This document shows, in pieces, positions 9,072 through 18,787 of a DNA stretch of 64,000 nucleotides. The stretch is from a virus. The notes beneath the pieces are model-generated. The model did not search any database. It saw only the letters and a program-made list of their open reading frames with translations, and had not been told where the DNA came from. The stretch is taken from IMG/VR virus record IMGVR_UViG_3300044946_000177, positions 2,301-66,300 of that record; one strand, 5' to 3'. Numbering within the stretch: position 1 is the stretch's first letter; the number at the start of each line of letters is the position of its first letter. The position numbers and the translations under genes were made by a program.

Positions 9072-9584
9072 ATGCCCGTCACCGATCTCGATACTTTGAT
9101 CGCGCAGTTGAAATCTCCGGACGCCGATATCACGCACAGCATTGATGCGCGCGTCCTGGCTGCCGGTCTTGAAGATCTTCGCAATCGAATGAGTCATGCG
9201 GAGTATTCGCAGCTCAAGGCGCTTTCGCAGGCGCGAATTAATGCCGACCGGCTCACGGCTGTCGAGGCAGGCACTGCTGCTTTGACGAACGATAACGTTG
9301 AGTTCCGACGGTCGGTCAACGATGCGACCAAGCTGCCGCACGAGCATGCCGAGAAGCTGACGGAGCTGGAAGGGCGAGTTCGCGCCTGCGAAGGCGCGGT
9401 TGGAGCGGCTCCTTACAAGGTTCCGAAGCCGATCGAGCCGGTTTCGGTTGAGCTGGCCAAGGTAGAGGCGCCGAAAGCGCCGTTTTACCCAAGGACTGAA
9501 GTGACGCCTGCACCGCCCGCGCCGAAACTGGCCGTTCCGCTTCCCGGCAGCCCCGCGGCGCAAAAGCCGCCGACCCCGATGTAA
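9072..9584 (+). CDS. coiled-coil hypothetical protein
   Basis: GAGGAG RBS; Pro-rich tail. Confidence 0.7.
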   Translation: MPVTDLDTLIAQLKSPDADITHSIDARVLAAGLEDLRNRMSHAEYSQLKALSQARINADRLTAVEAGTAALTNDNVEFRRSVNDATKLPHEHAEKLTELEGRVRACEGAVGAAPYKVPKPIEPVSVELAKVEAPKAPFYPRTEVTPAPPAPKLAVPLPGSPAAQKPPTPM

Positions 9585-9596
9585 AGGATTCGATTC

Positions 9597-9776
9597 ATGG
9601 ACCTCTTCCACAACCCCGCTAAATCGATCCCGACTTCTGACGAGCAGATCGTGCGCGTCGGGATGGAGCAGGACGATATCCAGGGCCGCAAGTCGCACTT
9701 GCCGGCGCAGATGAAGTCGGGCGCGCTCACCATCAGCCACGTGCCGAATGCCGGCACCAGCATCGGGACCAAGTAA
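9597..9776 (+). CDS. 59-aa head-region protein (MDLFHNPAK...)
   Basis: Read by hand; AAGGA RBS; abuts scaffold start. Confidence 0.65.
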   Translation: MDLFHNPAKSIPTSDEQIVRVGMEQDDIQGRKSHLPAQMKSGALTISHVPNAGTSIGTK

Positions 9777-10379
9777 GTGCCGCAAGTCGAGATCGACGAA
9801 ACCGAGTTGCTGCGGCTGCGCCGGACGGGCGAGACCGTTGGCGCCATGCTCAAGTCGCCGAGCGCCAAGCGCAAGCTGCTTGAGGCGCTCAAGGACGTCC
9901 ATCCGGAAGATCCCGCGGTCAAGGAGCTTGAACGTCCCGATCCGACCGAGGATCGGTTTTCCAAGCTGGAGCGTGAACTCGCCGAGGAGCGCAAGGCGCG
10001 CGCGGATGCCGAAGCCGAGCGCGAGAAGAATTCCAAGCTGGACGATATCCGGCGCGAGCAGGCGGAAGGCTTCGACAAGCTGAAGCGCGCCAGGTGGACG
10101 GATGACGGGATCGCCAAGGTCAAGGCGGTCATGGAGGAAAAGGGGATTCTCGACGTCGCCATCGCGGCGACGTGGATCGAGAGCCAGATGCCCCCGGCCG
10201 CGGATCCGGTCATGCCTGGCGGGCACGGCGCATGGAATTTCCAGGATTCGCTCACTGACAGCGACGTCGACCTCAAGAAGCTGATCGAGGCGAAGGGCGA
10301 GAACGAGGGACTTCTCCGCAAGATGGCTGGCGAGGCGATTGCGGAAGTCAGGGGTTCGGTGCTGGGGGGTCGGCGGTAG
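9777..10379 (+). CDS. probable scaffold protein
   Basis: Charged coiled-coil protein directly upstream of capsid. Confidence 0.7.
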   Translation: MPQVEIDETELLRLRRTGETVGAMLKSPSAKRKLLEALKDVHPEDPAVKELERPDPTEDRFSKLERELAEERKARADAEAEREKNSKLDDIRREQAEGFDKLKRARWTDDGIAKVKAVMEEKGILDVAIAATWIESQMPPAADPVMPGGHGAWNFQDSLTDSDVDLKKLIEAKGENEGLLRKMAGEAIAEVRGSVLGGRR

Positions 10380-10460
10380 GTTCATGCGGCTCGTCGACTA
10401 ATTCGTAGCCGAGTTCGCGCCCAAATTCGGGGTAGAGAAGAAGCATAAGGAGTGAGGTAA

Positions 10461-11504
10461 ATGCCCCTTCCCGGTATCGGCGTCGCGCCCCCCGCCGGCT
10501 CATTGTACACGGAATTAACCGCAGCGACACGCAGGGCTTTTGTTCCCCGTTTGTTCGTACAGATGTACTTTGCGTCGCCGTCACTATTTTATTTGACAGG
10601 TAATGCTCAGAGAGCGGCTGGTGGCCTCAATCAGATCACAGTACCCATGCAAGGCCAAAGCATGGTACAAGGCCAGTTCACTGGCTACGGCGGCGGCTTC
10701 AATTCCCCGAACGTTACCCCCGGCGTGCAAAACGGGCAGTGGAACTTGGCCTACTGGGTCGTTCCCGTCCCGCTCCCCTTCGGCGAATCCGTGCTTCAGG
10801 CGACCGATCGCGAGATCAGCCTGCTCAAGGCGCGCATGAATGACGTTTACGCGGTGACGCGCCAGAATATAGCGCGGTTGCTGTACACCAATAACTCCAG
10901 CAATTCCCTCTTCCCGAACAGCTTCCTCGATGCTTTTGACAACGGGACCAATTTCCCGAATTACGGCGGCATCAGCCGCAACGCTGCTGGCAACTCGGCC
11001 TTCAAGGGCCAGTACATCAACATGGGCGCGAACACCTACACGACGGTGTCGACGTCCGGTTTCACCCGCGCGACGATGGCTACGTTGCTGGCAAACATTG
11101 CCGACAGCGCGGGCGGCGAGGCGCCGACTTATGGGGTCATGAATCCCGGCGACTTTGCGACTCTGAACAAGGACTTCGTCACGAACGAAACCGCGTTCGT
11201 GGATCCGGGCGGCAACTATTCGATGGACACCAGCCGCCGAACCAGCTTCCCGAACCTGAATGTGTCCGGCATCCCGATCTTCGCCGACCATTTCGTGCCG
11301 CAGGGACAGGCGTTCTTCCCCAATGTCAAGTACACGGCGATGTACCTGTCGGAAGACGCCGCGTTCGACTTCAGCGGGTTCTACTCGTTGGTCCCCTTGG
11401 GGCAGATCGGCCAGCAAGGCGTCGTCGTGGTCGGCTACAATCTCGTCTCAGCGAAATCTTCGTCGGGGGCAATCGCGTACAATATCGGAAACAATTCCTT
11501 CTGA
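10461..11504 (+). CDS. major capsid protein
   Basis: Strong RBS, 347 aa, ELTAATRRAFVPRLFVQ N-arm and GIPIFADHFVP motif, position. Confidence 0.85.
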   Translation: MPLPGIGVAPPAGSLYTELTAATRRAFVPRLFVQMYFASPSLFYLTGNAQRAAGGLNQITVPMQGQSMVQGQFTGYGGGFNSPNVTPGVQNGQWNLAYWVVPVPLPFGESVLQATDREISLLKARMNDVYAVTRQNIARLLYTNNSSNSLFPNSFLDAFDNGTNFPNYGGISRNAAGNSAFKGQYINMGANTYTTVSTSGFTRATMATLLANIADSAGGEAPTYGVMNPGDFATLNKDFVTNETAFVDPGGNYSMDTSRRTSFPNLNVSGIPIFADHFVPQGQAFFPNVKYTAMYLSEDAAFDFSGFYSLVPLGQIGQQGVVVVGYNLVSAKSSSGAIAYNIGNNSF

Positions 11505-12160
11505 TGTTCGATGATCGCTTTGGCGATTAGGAGCATATCTTCGTCGGTGCCTTGTCCTTTTAGGGCATTGACTGCGTGAAGGACGAAACGAGAGTTTTCG
11601 GGCGTATATCCCAAAGTAGGGATAATCCGATCTAGACTGGGTGAAAAAAGGTAAGGACTGCGCTTGTCGCTTAGGACGAATTCGATGTTGGTAACTTCGC
11701 AACGCCCTGTCCAACGTGCTTCCGCCCACTCTTTTGTGAGCGTGAACGGGATGTTGTGTTTGGTTGCGCGTTGTTTTGAACCGCGGAGTGCGTTCAGCCA
11801 AGGGAGCCACGTCCGTGTCGCATGATATCGTTGCTTTGCCCGCACCTTGTGCGCTTCGTACCAGCGCGCTCTTCGTTCGAGAACGACCTCTCTCGGCAGG
11901 GACCGTCGATACGCGCGGTTCTTTTCCGCGATTTTCGCTTTGTGTTCTTCGTAATACGTTTTGCTCGTTTGGCGTAAATGCGCTCGCTTTTTTTCGTAGT
12001 ATTTTCTGTAGTAATCTGGGCGATAGGTCGGTTTTCTCATTTTGTTTTTATGAGTCGCTGCGCAAGTCGATGTACAGAATTTATGGCGACCGTGTAGGCG
12101 CGGAAAAGATGCCCCGCACTGCTTGCAGTTGGCGGGATCGCCTAGGTGAAAGCCGGGCAT
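11435..12160 (-). CDS. HNH/His-Me homing endonuclease
   Basis: Basic N-terminus; GRCEVT..F...SPSLDRI...GYTPEN..FV...VN..K. Confidence 0.85.
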   Translation of the reverse strand: MPGFHLGDPANCKQCGASFPRLHGRHKFCTSTCAATHKNKMRKPTYRPDYYRKYYEKKRAHLRQTSKTYYEEHKAKIAEKNRAYRRSLPREVVLERRARWYEAHKVRAKQRYHATRTWLPWLNALRGSKQRATKHNIPFTLTKEWAEARWTGRCEVTNIEFVLSDKRSPYLFSPSLDRIIPTLGYTPENSRFVLHAVNALKGQGTDEDMLLIAKAIIEHQKELFPILYAIAPDEDFAETRL

Positions 12161-12225
12161 CGGTGTTCGTCCTTCCTCGTATAGGGTATTGCAACACTCT
12201 ATACCAGCTTGTTAGGAGTTAGTCA

Positions 12226-13500
12226 ATGCCCGGTCCGTTGAGTGGAATTGGGGTCGGCCTGCAGCTACCTCAAAATTTGTATCCTTCAGAATTGAACGCG
12301 AGTCCCTACGACGCGAACAACAACTATGTCGGCCTCGCGGCTGGGGATCAGATCACGATTCCCAGGGGCGATTGGCTGATCTCGCTCGGCTCCTATTGCG
12401 TGCTTCAGTTCGATGATCCGGTTAACGCCTCCGGTGTCTGGTCAATCATCGCCTCCGCGGCGTGGGACAGCGGCCTTTTGTACGTTCAGAGCGACGGCTT
12501 CTCGTATCGCATCGCCAACATGACCGGTTGCCCGGTTGGCGGCATCGTGAACGCCTACGGCTCGGGATATGTCCAGGCGACGACTTCGATCGCGGTGACC
12601 GGCGGTGGCGGCTCGACCTGGGCGCCGATCGTCGGCGGCCAGCTCGTCATGACGACTGCGACCATCGTGACGGCGAATGCCGGCGCGGGGTATGGCGTCG
12701 CGCCGATTGCCATCCTGCCGGCGCCTCCCGGTCCGAACAACAACGCGAACGGCATCGGAGGCGTCCAGGCGACCGGTTTCTGCACGATTGCTTCGGGCAC
12801 GGTGTCGGGCTTCACCTTCACCAATCCCGGTGCCGGTTATCCGGCGGGCACGACGTACTCGGTTGCGCTGCTGTCGAACCCGACCGACCCGAACATCCCG
12901 TCGGGTATCACGCTCGCGACTGCTGTGTTCAGCGTGACCGGCTCCGGTTCGATTTGCGGCGTGCTCTGCACCAACCCTGGTGCCCCGCTCGCGACGCCGA
13001 ACAACATCACGTTGACTCTCTCGGGCGCCGGCACCAACGGCACTGTTTCGGCGATCATGTGTCAGACGGTTGTTTCGACGAGCGTAACTGGCGGCGCTAC
13101 CTTTACGAGCGGAACGATATCCGCTTTATTGACGACCGTCGGCGGTTATCCGCAGTCGGCAGGTCCGGCGACGCCGATTACCGGCACCATCACCAACGCT
13201 CCAGTGTACTTGATCGCGGGCGCTGTTTCTATCGGCGGCGCAGGCGCGTACGGCCTCTGGGCGCGCCCTCGTCCGCTGCAATCGGTATTTACGCTTGGCG
13301 CTACTGGTACGCTAGCCGCGCAGGCCGGCATCATTTATGATGGCGGTTTGTTCTTCGGTGTTCCAACGCCGGTCCTGGTGCCGGGTTCAAACATTTTGGT
13401 CGCTGGCACCGGTTCGGTTGTTTCTGCAGGTCCTGCGTCGATCGTCCTGGGCATGGGTCCGCGGCCCGACTTCGTGCTGTTGCAACCGCTCAAGGTGTGA
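12226..13500 (+). CDS. Gly/Thr-rich virion structural protein
   Basis: After capsid; GSGY/GAGY repeats. Confidence 0.7.
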   Translation: MPGPLSGIGVGLQLPQNLYPSELNASPYDANNNYVGLAAGDQITIPRGDWLISLGSYCVLQFDDPVNASGVWSIIASAAWDSGLLYVQSDGFSYRIANMTGCPVGGIVNAYGSGYVQATTSIAVTGGGGSTWAPIVGGQLVMTTATIVTANAGAGYGVAPIAILPAPPGPNNNANGIGGVQATGFCTIASGTVSGFTFTNPGAGYPAGTTYSVALLSNPTDPNIPSGITLATAVFSVTGSGSICGVLCTNPGAPLATPNNITLTLSGAGTNGTVSAIMCQTVVSTSVTGGATFTSGTISALLTTVGGYPQSAGPATPITGTITNAPVYLIAGAVSIGGAGAYGLWARPRPLQSVFTLGATGTLAAQAGIIYDGGLFFGVPTPVLVPGSNILVAGTGSVVSAGPASIVLGMGPRPDFVLLQPLKV

Positions 13501-13503
13501 TCG

Positions 13504-13752
13504 GTGGCGACCTTCAGCATCACGTTTGTCGCCGGGTTGGGGAGCAATAATTCCGCTTACTCGTCGATGAACTTGCAGCAGCCGGCCGTTCAGATCGACG
13601 ACACCAATGCGACTGACGGCGCGCAGCAAAAAGACATGGCGTTCAACAGGCAGATCAACATCCTAGGGTCGGACGGCGTCATTCGAAAATGTACGATCGA
13701 TGCATCCCGTAGCGATCCGTCCCGCAACCTGATATATTACAATCTCGTCTGA
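13504..13752 (+). CDS. hypothetical virion protein
   Basis: Structural operon position. Confidence 0.65.
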   Translation: MATFSITFVAGLGSNNSAYSSMNLQQPAVQIDDTNATDGAQQKDMAFNRQINILGSDGVIRKCTIDASRSDPSRNLIYYNLV

Positions 13753-13776
13753 TGCGTGCCAGCAAGGAGGTGCGCC

Positions 13777-14544
13777 TTGCTGCAAACGTACCTGACTCGC
13801 ACACAGCAGCTCCTGCAGAACCCCGCGGCGCCGACCTCGCTTTATGCGACGGCCGATTTGACGTCCTACATCAACCAGGCGCGCGGGCAATTGGCCGGAG
13901 AAACCGAGTGCTGTCGTGCGCTTGGGACGCTTTCAACGGTCATCGGGACGCGCAACTATAACTTCTCATCGATCTCTCTGCCCGCGGGCACCAGTTTGGC
14001 CGGCGTCATCAACACGCGCGGGATGTTGTACGCGGTGGCGTCGGGCTATCAGTGGATTCGCCCGCGGCCGTGGGCGTGGTACTGGCTGTTCAAGCTCAAC
14101 AATCCGGTTCCGCAGGGCGGTGCACCGCAGGTCTTCAGCCAATTCTCGCAGGGCTCGTCGGGCCAGGGATCGATCACCGGCATCGGCGCCGGAACCATGT
14201 CGTCGGGCAGCTTTTATCTCGACCCGCCACCCGATCTCGTTTACTCGCTGCTGATCGACTGTTCGTGCTATCCGACCGCGCTGGTGGCGGACACGGACGC
14301 GGAGGCCATTCCGTACTTGTTCACGGACGCGGTTCCGTACTTTGCGGCCTATCTCGCGTTGTTGTCGTCGCAGACCTCGGCGCGGGTGGAAGACGCGCAG
14401 AAGATGTTCGACCTCTACAAGATGTTCGTGGATCGCGCCAACCAAGCTAGCGCGCCGAACGTAAATCGCTTCTTGTACGAGAGGCAGAGCGATCCGACGA
14501 TGATCAATAAGCTGGGTATTACCTCCAAGGCTGGAGGACAGTGA
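13777..14544 (+). CDS. head-tail adaptor-like protein, copy 1
   Basis: TTG after AAGGAGG; YINQAR...TDAVPYFAAY; paralogous to next gene. Confidence 0.65.
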   Translation: MLQTYLTRTQQLLQNPAAPTSLYATADLTSYINQARGQLAGETECCRALGTLSTVIGTRNYNFSSISLPAGTSLAGVINTRGMLYAVASGYQWIRPRPWAWYWLFKLNNPVPQGGAPQVFSQFSQGSSGQGSITGIGAGTMSSGSFYLDPPPDLVYSLLIDCSCYPTALVADTDAEAIPYLFTDAVPYFAAYLALLSSQTSARVEDAQKMFDLYKMFVDRANQASAPNVNRFLYERQSDPTMINKLGITSKAGGQ

Positions 14545-14545
14545 A

Positions 14546-15490
14546 ATGCCCATGACTCTCAACTCGTACATGCAGGACGTCCAGACTTTCCTGCGCGACG
14601 CCAAGCAGGATTTGATCGATCCTGAGGACATCATCAAGTACATCAACCGCGCCCGCCGGGAGATCGCGATCCGGACGCAGTGCGTGCGCGTTCTCACGCC
14701 GATCACGGGAGCGGTCATTGGAGCATCGGTTGTTTCCGGAGGTTCGGGGTATGGCAGCGGGACCACGACGATCACGCTTACGCCGCCTGATTTTCCTTCT
14801 GGCGCTGGACCTTTTCCGAACGGGAGTCAGGGCTCCGTTACGCCGATCGTCAGTGGCGGTTCGATCACGGGCGTAAACGTCGTTTATGGCGGTGCCGGCT
14901 ACTGGCAGCCATCGTTCTCGATCACTGGGGCGGGGAGCGGGGCGACGGTGACGCCGGTTTTGTCTACGATCAACCAACTCAGTCAGGGGTTGGAAGTTTA
15001 CAATTTCTCGCAGGCCGACCTTACACCGTTTCCTGGCGTCCAGTCGGTTTACGCCATTCAATCAGTAAGTTTGCTGTATAGCGGTTTTAGGTATAGTTTG
15101 CTGTGTTACGATTTCAGTACCTATCAGGCTCTCATAAGGATTTGGGCGCAGCAGTGGCAGTATGTGCCGGCTGTTTGTGCGCAGTATGGTCAGGGAACGA
15201 ATGGATCGTTTTATATGTACCCTATTCCCAGCCAAGCCTATCAAATGGAATGGGATTGTTTTTGCCTGCCGCAGGATTTGATTACTGATTTAAGTGTGGA
15301 GGTGATCCCAGACCCGTGGACTGATGCGGTCGCGTACTGGGCGGCTCACCTATGTTATCTCTCGATACAAAATTTCAATGCGGCAAAATTTTACGAGGAT
15401 ATGTTCAATAGGCGCTGTCTCGGTTATAGCAACGCTGCGCGCGTGAGCCGCAGGACGTCACCATATGGTAGGTACGCGGGAGGGGCTTAA
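14546..15490 (+). CDS. head-tail adaptor-like protein, copy 2, with GSGY insert
   Basis: YINRAR...TDAVAYWAAH. Confidence 0.65.
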   Translation: MPMTLNSYMQDVQTFLRDAKQDLIDPEDIIKYINRARREIAIRTQCVRVLTPITGAVIGASVVSGGSGYGSGTTTITLTPPDFPSGAGPFPNGSQGSVTPIVSGGSITGVNVVYGGAGYWQPSFSITGAGSGATVTPVLSTINQLSQGLEVYNFSQADLTPFPGVQSVYAIQSVSLLYSGFRYSLLCYDFSTYQALIRIWAQQWQYVPAVCAQYGQGTNGSFYMYPIPSQAYQMEWDCFCLPQDLITDLSVEVIPDPWTDAVAYWAAHLCYLSIQNFNAAKFYEDMFNRRCLGYSNAARVSRRTSPYGRYAGGA

Positions 15491-15492
15491 TG

Positions 15493-16014
15493 TCACAGCT
15501 TCGCCCATTTGCCGTGCATTTTTTTGGCGGCTTTGCATCGAGCGTCGTAGGCTTCTTCGGCAGTGCTAAACAGACCCAAGCCGTAAGTTTTTCCGCGGTG
15601 TTTAATAGAGGCCAGGAATTTTTGCGGTCGCGTTGCGAAGCATACGCCTTTATACCCCGTTTTGTTATTCTTTTGCGGACCCCTATTTCTGTGATTCTGC
15701 GACGGAGTAGCGTGGCGCAGATTTTTCCAGATGTTGTTCGACTGATCTTCGTCGATGTGGTCGATTTCGTATTCAGGCCATTCGCTTTTCATGTAAAGCC
15801 ACGCAAGGCGATGGGCCATATATTCTTTGTTGTTGATCCCAATTTTTATTCTGTTTTTTCCGTTCATGCGTCCAGCAGTTTTTCCCGGCATCCCTCGCCA
15901 AGAAAGCCTAACTTTCCACGTAAAAAGCCCGGTTATGGGGTCGTAATGCAAGATCGAGCGGAGATACTCTGCCGTCAGATCAGTGAGCGAGTTCTTGTGG
16001 CCGCGTTTCATCAT
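15493..16014 (-). CDS. HNH-AP2 homing endonuclease
   Basis: AHRLAW...IDHIDED..NN...NLR HNH plus TGYKGV...LGLF.T.EEA AP2 domain. Confidence 0.92.
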   Translation of the reverse strand: MMKRGHKNSLTDLTAEYLRSILHYDPITGLFTWKVRLSWRGMPGKTAGRMNGKNRIKIGINNKEYMAHRLAWLYMKSEWPEYEIDHIDEDQSNNIWKNLRHATPSQNHRNRGPQKNNKTGYKGVCFATRPQKFLASIKHRGKTYGLGLFSTAEEAYDARCKAAKKMHGKWAKL

Positions 16015-16058
16015 ACAGGAAGGATAGTCCCAGGGGCCGTTATTGTCAAGGACCTTAT

Positions 16059-18308
16059 TTGATGCCCATCGAACAAAATCCCTACGTGCCCAAAGCGCCT
16101 GGACCTTTGACCATGGAAATGTTCGAGGGGATGAATACGAGCACGTCCCGCGTCGGCATTCCGGATGAACAAGTAAAATGGCTGGATGGGTTTTTCCCCT
16201 TAGATCACCACAATCTCCGCACTCTCTACGACGTCGGTGCCACGCTCTACACCGCGGTCGGCACGACGATCGTTTTCTTCGGCTTCGTCAACATCGGCGC
16301 GACCCCTTACGCGATCATCTTCCAGGCCGATGGCTCGGTCGTCGCGGTCAACGTAAACACGGCGGTGGTCACGACTATTTTAGCGGCAGGTACGATCGTG
16401 GTGCCATCTCAGCTCACGATCGGCCTTTCGCAATGGGGCCAGCAATACGCGATCATTGTCGCTAATCAGGCGAACGGCTATTGGCTCTGGGATGGGCTCG
16501 TCACCTACGCAGCGGGCACCATCGGCCCTCAAGTGGTGCTCACGAGCGGCGGCTCGGGATATGTGTCGAACCCGAATATCGGCCTCGTCGGCGGCAGCGG
16601 TTTTGGTGCCGTCTTCACATCGTCCATCAGTAACGGCTCGGTCGTTTCCGTCAGCATCTCGAATCCCGGTTCCGGCTACTTGGCGACCGACACGCCGACG
16701 CTGACCTTCATCGGCGGCAATCAGTCAGGCTCTGGGGCCTCTATTACTGCCGGTTTGGCCCATCATGCCGGCGGCTCGGGCGGCTCTATCTCTGTTACCA
16801 TGGTGCGAGTGCTCAGCAACGAGTATGACGCCTATGCGACTCTTGTTGCCGGCGGTTCCGGGTACTCCAATTTTACGAAGGTCGTCGTAACCGGCGGCGA
16901 TAATGTTTATGGAGCACCGCTCAAGATCACGGCTTCGGTTGTGGCCGGCGCGATTTCCAGCATTCAGGTAACTAACGGCCTGTATGGAAATTCCATCGCG
17001 CCGACCGTCTCAATAACCGATAATGGATACTATTTCATCAATTCGACGACGATCGTGTCCGGCGGTTCCGGTTACAGCAATTTTCCAGTTCTGTCCGTGG
17101 TTGACGCGAGCGGCAGTATTCAGTCATCGCCCGTTCTGACGCCGAGCGTGACTGGTGCAGGTAGTTCGATCACCTCGGTCAGCATCGTCTCCGGCGGGCA
17201 GTTCGGCGCCAGCGTAACGCCGACCATCGTGATTACCGACACCGCAACATCCGCGGCCGGTACGGTCACCCTCATGCCCTACGGCGTCAGCGGCAACGCG
17301 GTCGAGACGTACTCGGGGCATGTGTGGGTCGCAAACCAGAACAATTACAGCTGGTCCGCGCCCGGCTCGGCGTCCAACTTCGCCACCAGCGCGGGCGGCG
17401 GCTCGGCACAGTCCGCGGACTCCTACCTCAAGATCGGCTATACGCGCCTGATCCAGTCGAATGGGTTTCTCTATCTGATCGCCGATTCCTCGATCGACTA
17501 CATCTCGGGTGTCCAGACGGCGGGCACGCCGCCCACGACGACCTTCACCAAGCAGAATGCCGACCCGACGATCGGCACGCCCTACCCGTGGTCGGTTATC
17601 CTGCACGGGCAGGATCTGCTGTTTTCCAATTCTGTCGGCATTTATGGCGTTGCCGGAGCTCGCCCGACCAAGATCAGCGCCATGCTGGACGGTATCTGGG
17701 GCACCGGCAACCTTAACCTGTCCGCGGCGCATGCGACGATCTTCAAACGTGAAGTGTGGATGACGCTGACGACTTTCGTCAATCCGCTCACAGGCGCGAC
17801 GGTGACCGAGCCGTTCATGTGGGATGGCAAGCGCTGGTTTGCTTCGCCGCAGAACATGAACATGATCTTCATCGGCAGCCAGGAGCTCAATTCCGTCTTC
17901 ACGGCTTACGGGACTGACGGCACGATCGTAGCGCCGCTGTTCACGACCCCGTCTACCAACTTTACCAAAGTCGTGGAGTCGAAGCTATGGGCTGAACCGG
18001 GCGGTTACCTGCTCAACAAGGCGACGGGCCGCTTTTGGGCAATTGCCAATTACGCCTCGATCGCGTCGCCGTCGATCATCCTGTCGATCGACGCCGTGTC
18101 GGCCGATCCCAATGTCGCGGGCAGCATTGTCTCGACGTCGGCCGGCTACACGATCCCCGGTCCATCGATTACCGGGCACTGGGTCACGCCCCCGCAGGCC
18201 GTAGGCCAGCAAGGCATCCTGACGGGGATGACGATCAAGACGAATTGCGCCGACATGACGTTGATCTCGGCAATGATCGATGATAAGATTGTGGGGTACA
18301 GAGGATAA
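16059..18308 (+). CDS. tail tubular/DNA stabilization protein
   Basis: 749 aa beta-rich, after adaptors, GSGY repeat insert. Confidence 0.65.
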   Translation: MMPIEQNPYVPKAPGPLTMEMFEGMNTSTSRVGIPDEQVKWLDGFFPLDHHNLRTLYDVGATLYTAVGTTIVFFGFVNIGATPYAIIFQADGSVVAVNVNTAVVTTILAAGTIVVPSQLTIGLSQWGQQYAIIVANQANGYWLWDGLVTYAAGTIGPQVVLTSGGSGYVSNPNIGLVGGSGFGAVFTSSISNGSVVSVSISNPGSGYLATDTPTLTFIGGNQSGSGASITAGLAHHAGGSGGSISVTMVRVLSNEYDAYATLVAGGSGYSNFTKVVVTGGDNVYGAPLKITASVVAGAISSIQVTNGLYGNSIAPTVSITDNGYYFINSTTIVSGGSGYSNFPVLSVVDASGSIQSSPVLTPSVTGAGSSITSVSIVSGGQFGASVTPTIVITDTATSAAGTVTLMPYGVSGNAVETYSGHVWVANQNNYSWSAPGSASNFATSAGGGSAQSADSYLKIGYTRLIQSNGFLYLIADSSIDYISGVQTAGTPPTTTFTKQNADPTIGTPYPWSVILHGQDLLFSNSVGIYGVAGARPTKISAMLDGIWGTGNLNLSAAHATIFKREVWMTLTTFVNPLTGATVTEPFMWDGKRWFASPQNMNMIFIGSQELNSVFTAYGTDGTIVAPLFTTPSTNFTKVVESKLWAEPGGYLLNKATGRFWAIANYASIASPSIILSIDAVSADPNVAGSIVSTSAGYTIPGPSITGHWVTPPQAVGQQGILTGMTIKTNCADMTLISAMIDDKIVGYRG

Positions 18309-18354
18309 TTGTCGTGCTATCGTACAATGCACAACGATTTCGGAGGATAGCAGG

Positions 18355-18786
18355 ATGTCCATAGTTAATCGGGCTTTAATTGTTGAGCGCGACTGCGCAG
18401 TCGCGGCCGACTTAACAAGCAAGGAGCCTTTTCTAAATCGAGAGCAGGCTGCAGCAGCGCTAACGAAGCACGGGTACAAAATTGCACGTGCTACGCTTGC
18501 AACCATGGCGAGCCGGGGGCAAGGTCCTGTTTACAAGAAGTGGGGGGCACAAACGCTCTATCGCTTGAGTGATCTTTTAGCGTGGGCCAAGTCTAAAACG
18601 GCTGATGCGGGAGGATTTGATGCGGTTCCAGAATTGGACGAGTGGCACGAATGGGGCGGGATACGGTATCGAGTTTCTTATGATTCTGCCAAGGTTTTTA
18701 TTGTTCCCGATGAATTCAGGATAAAGGAGTTCACAGCGATGCCGGACGGCACTATTCACGTAGTCTTGGAAAAACGGACGGGGTAG
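18355..18786 (+). CDS. AlpA/excisionase-like HTH protein with portal-like N-terminal peptide
   Basis: GGAGG RBS; FLNREQAAAAL...TLATMASRGQGP.Y.K.G...LY...DL.AW. Confidence 0.75.
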   Translation: MSIVNRALIVERDCAVAADLTSKEPFLNREQAAAALTKHGYKIARATLATMASRGQGPVYKKWGAQTLYRLSDLLAWAKSKTADAGGFDAVPELDEWHEWGGIRYRVSYDSAKVFIVPDEFRIKEFTAMPDGTIHVVLEKRTG

Positions 18787-18787
18787 G

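Noticed and set aside
8724-10385. 553-aa minus-strand ORF
   Set aside because: Shadow of GC-rich plus-strand head genes that have good RBSs; no motifs
18427-18510. PFLNRE and RATLATM matches to portal and capsid
   Set aside because: Explained by the normal AlpA-like HTH consensus
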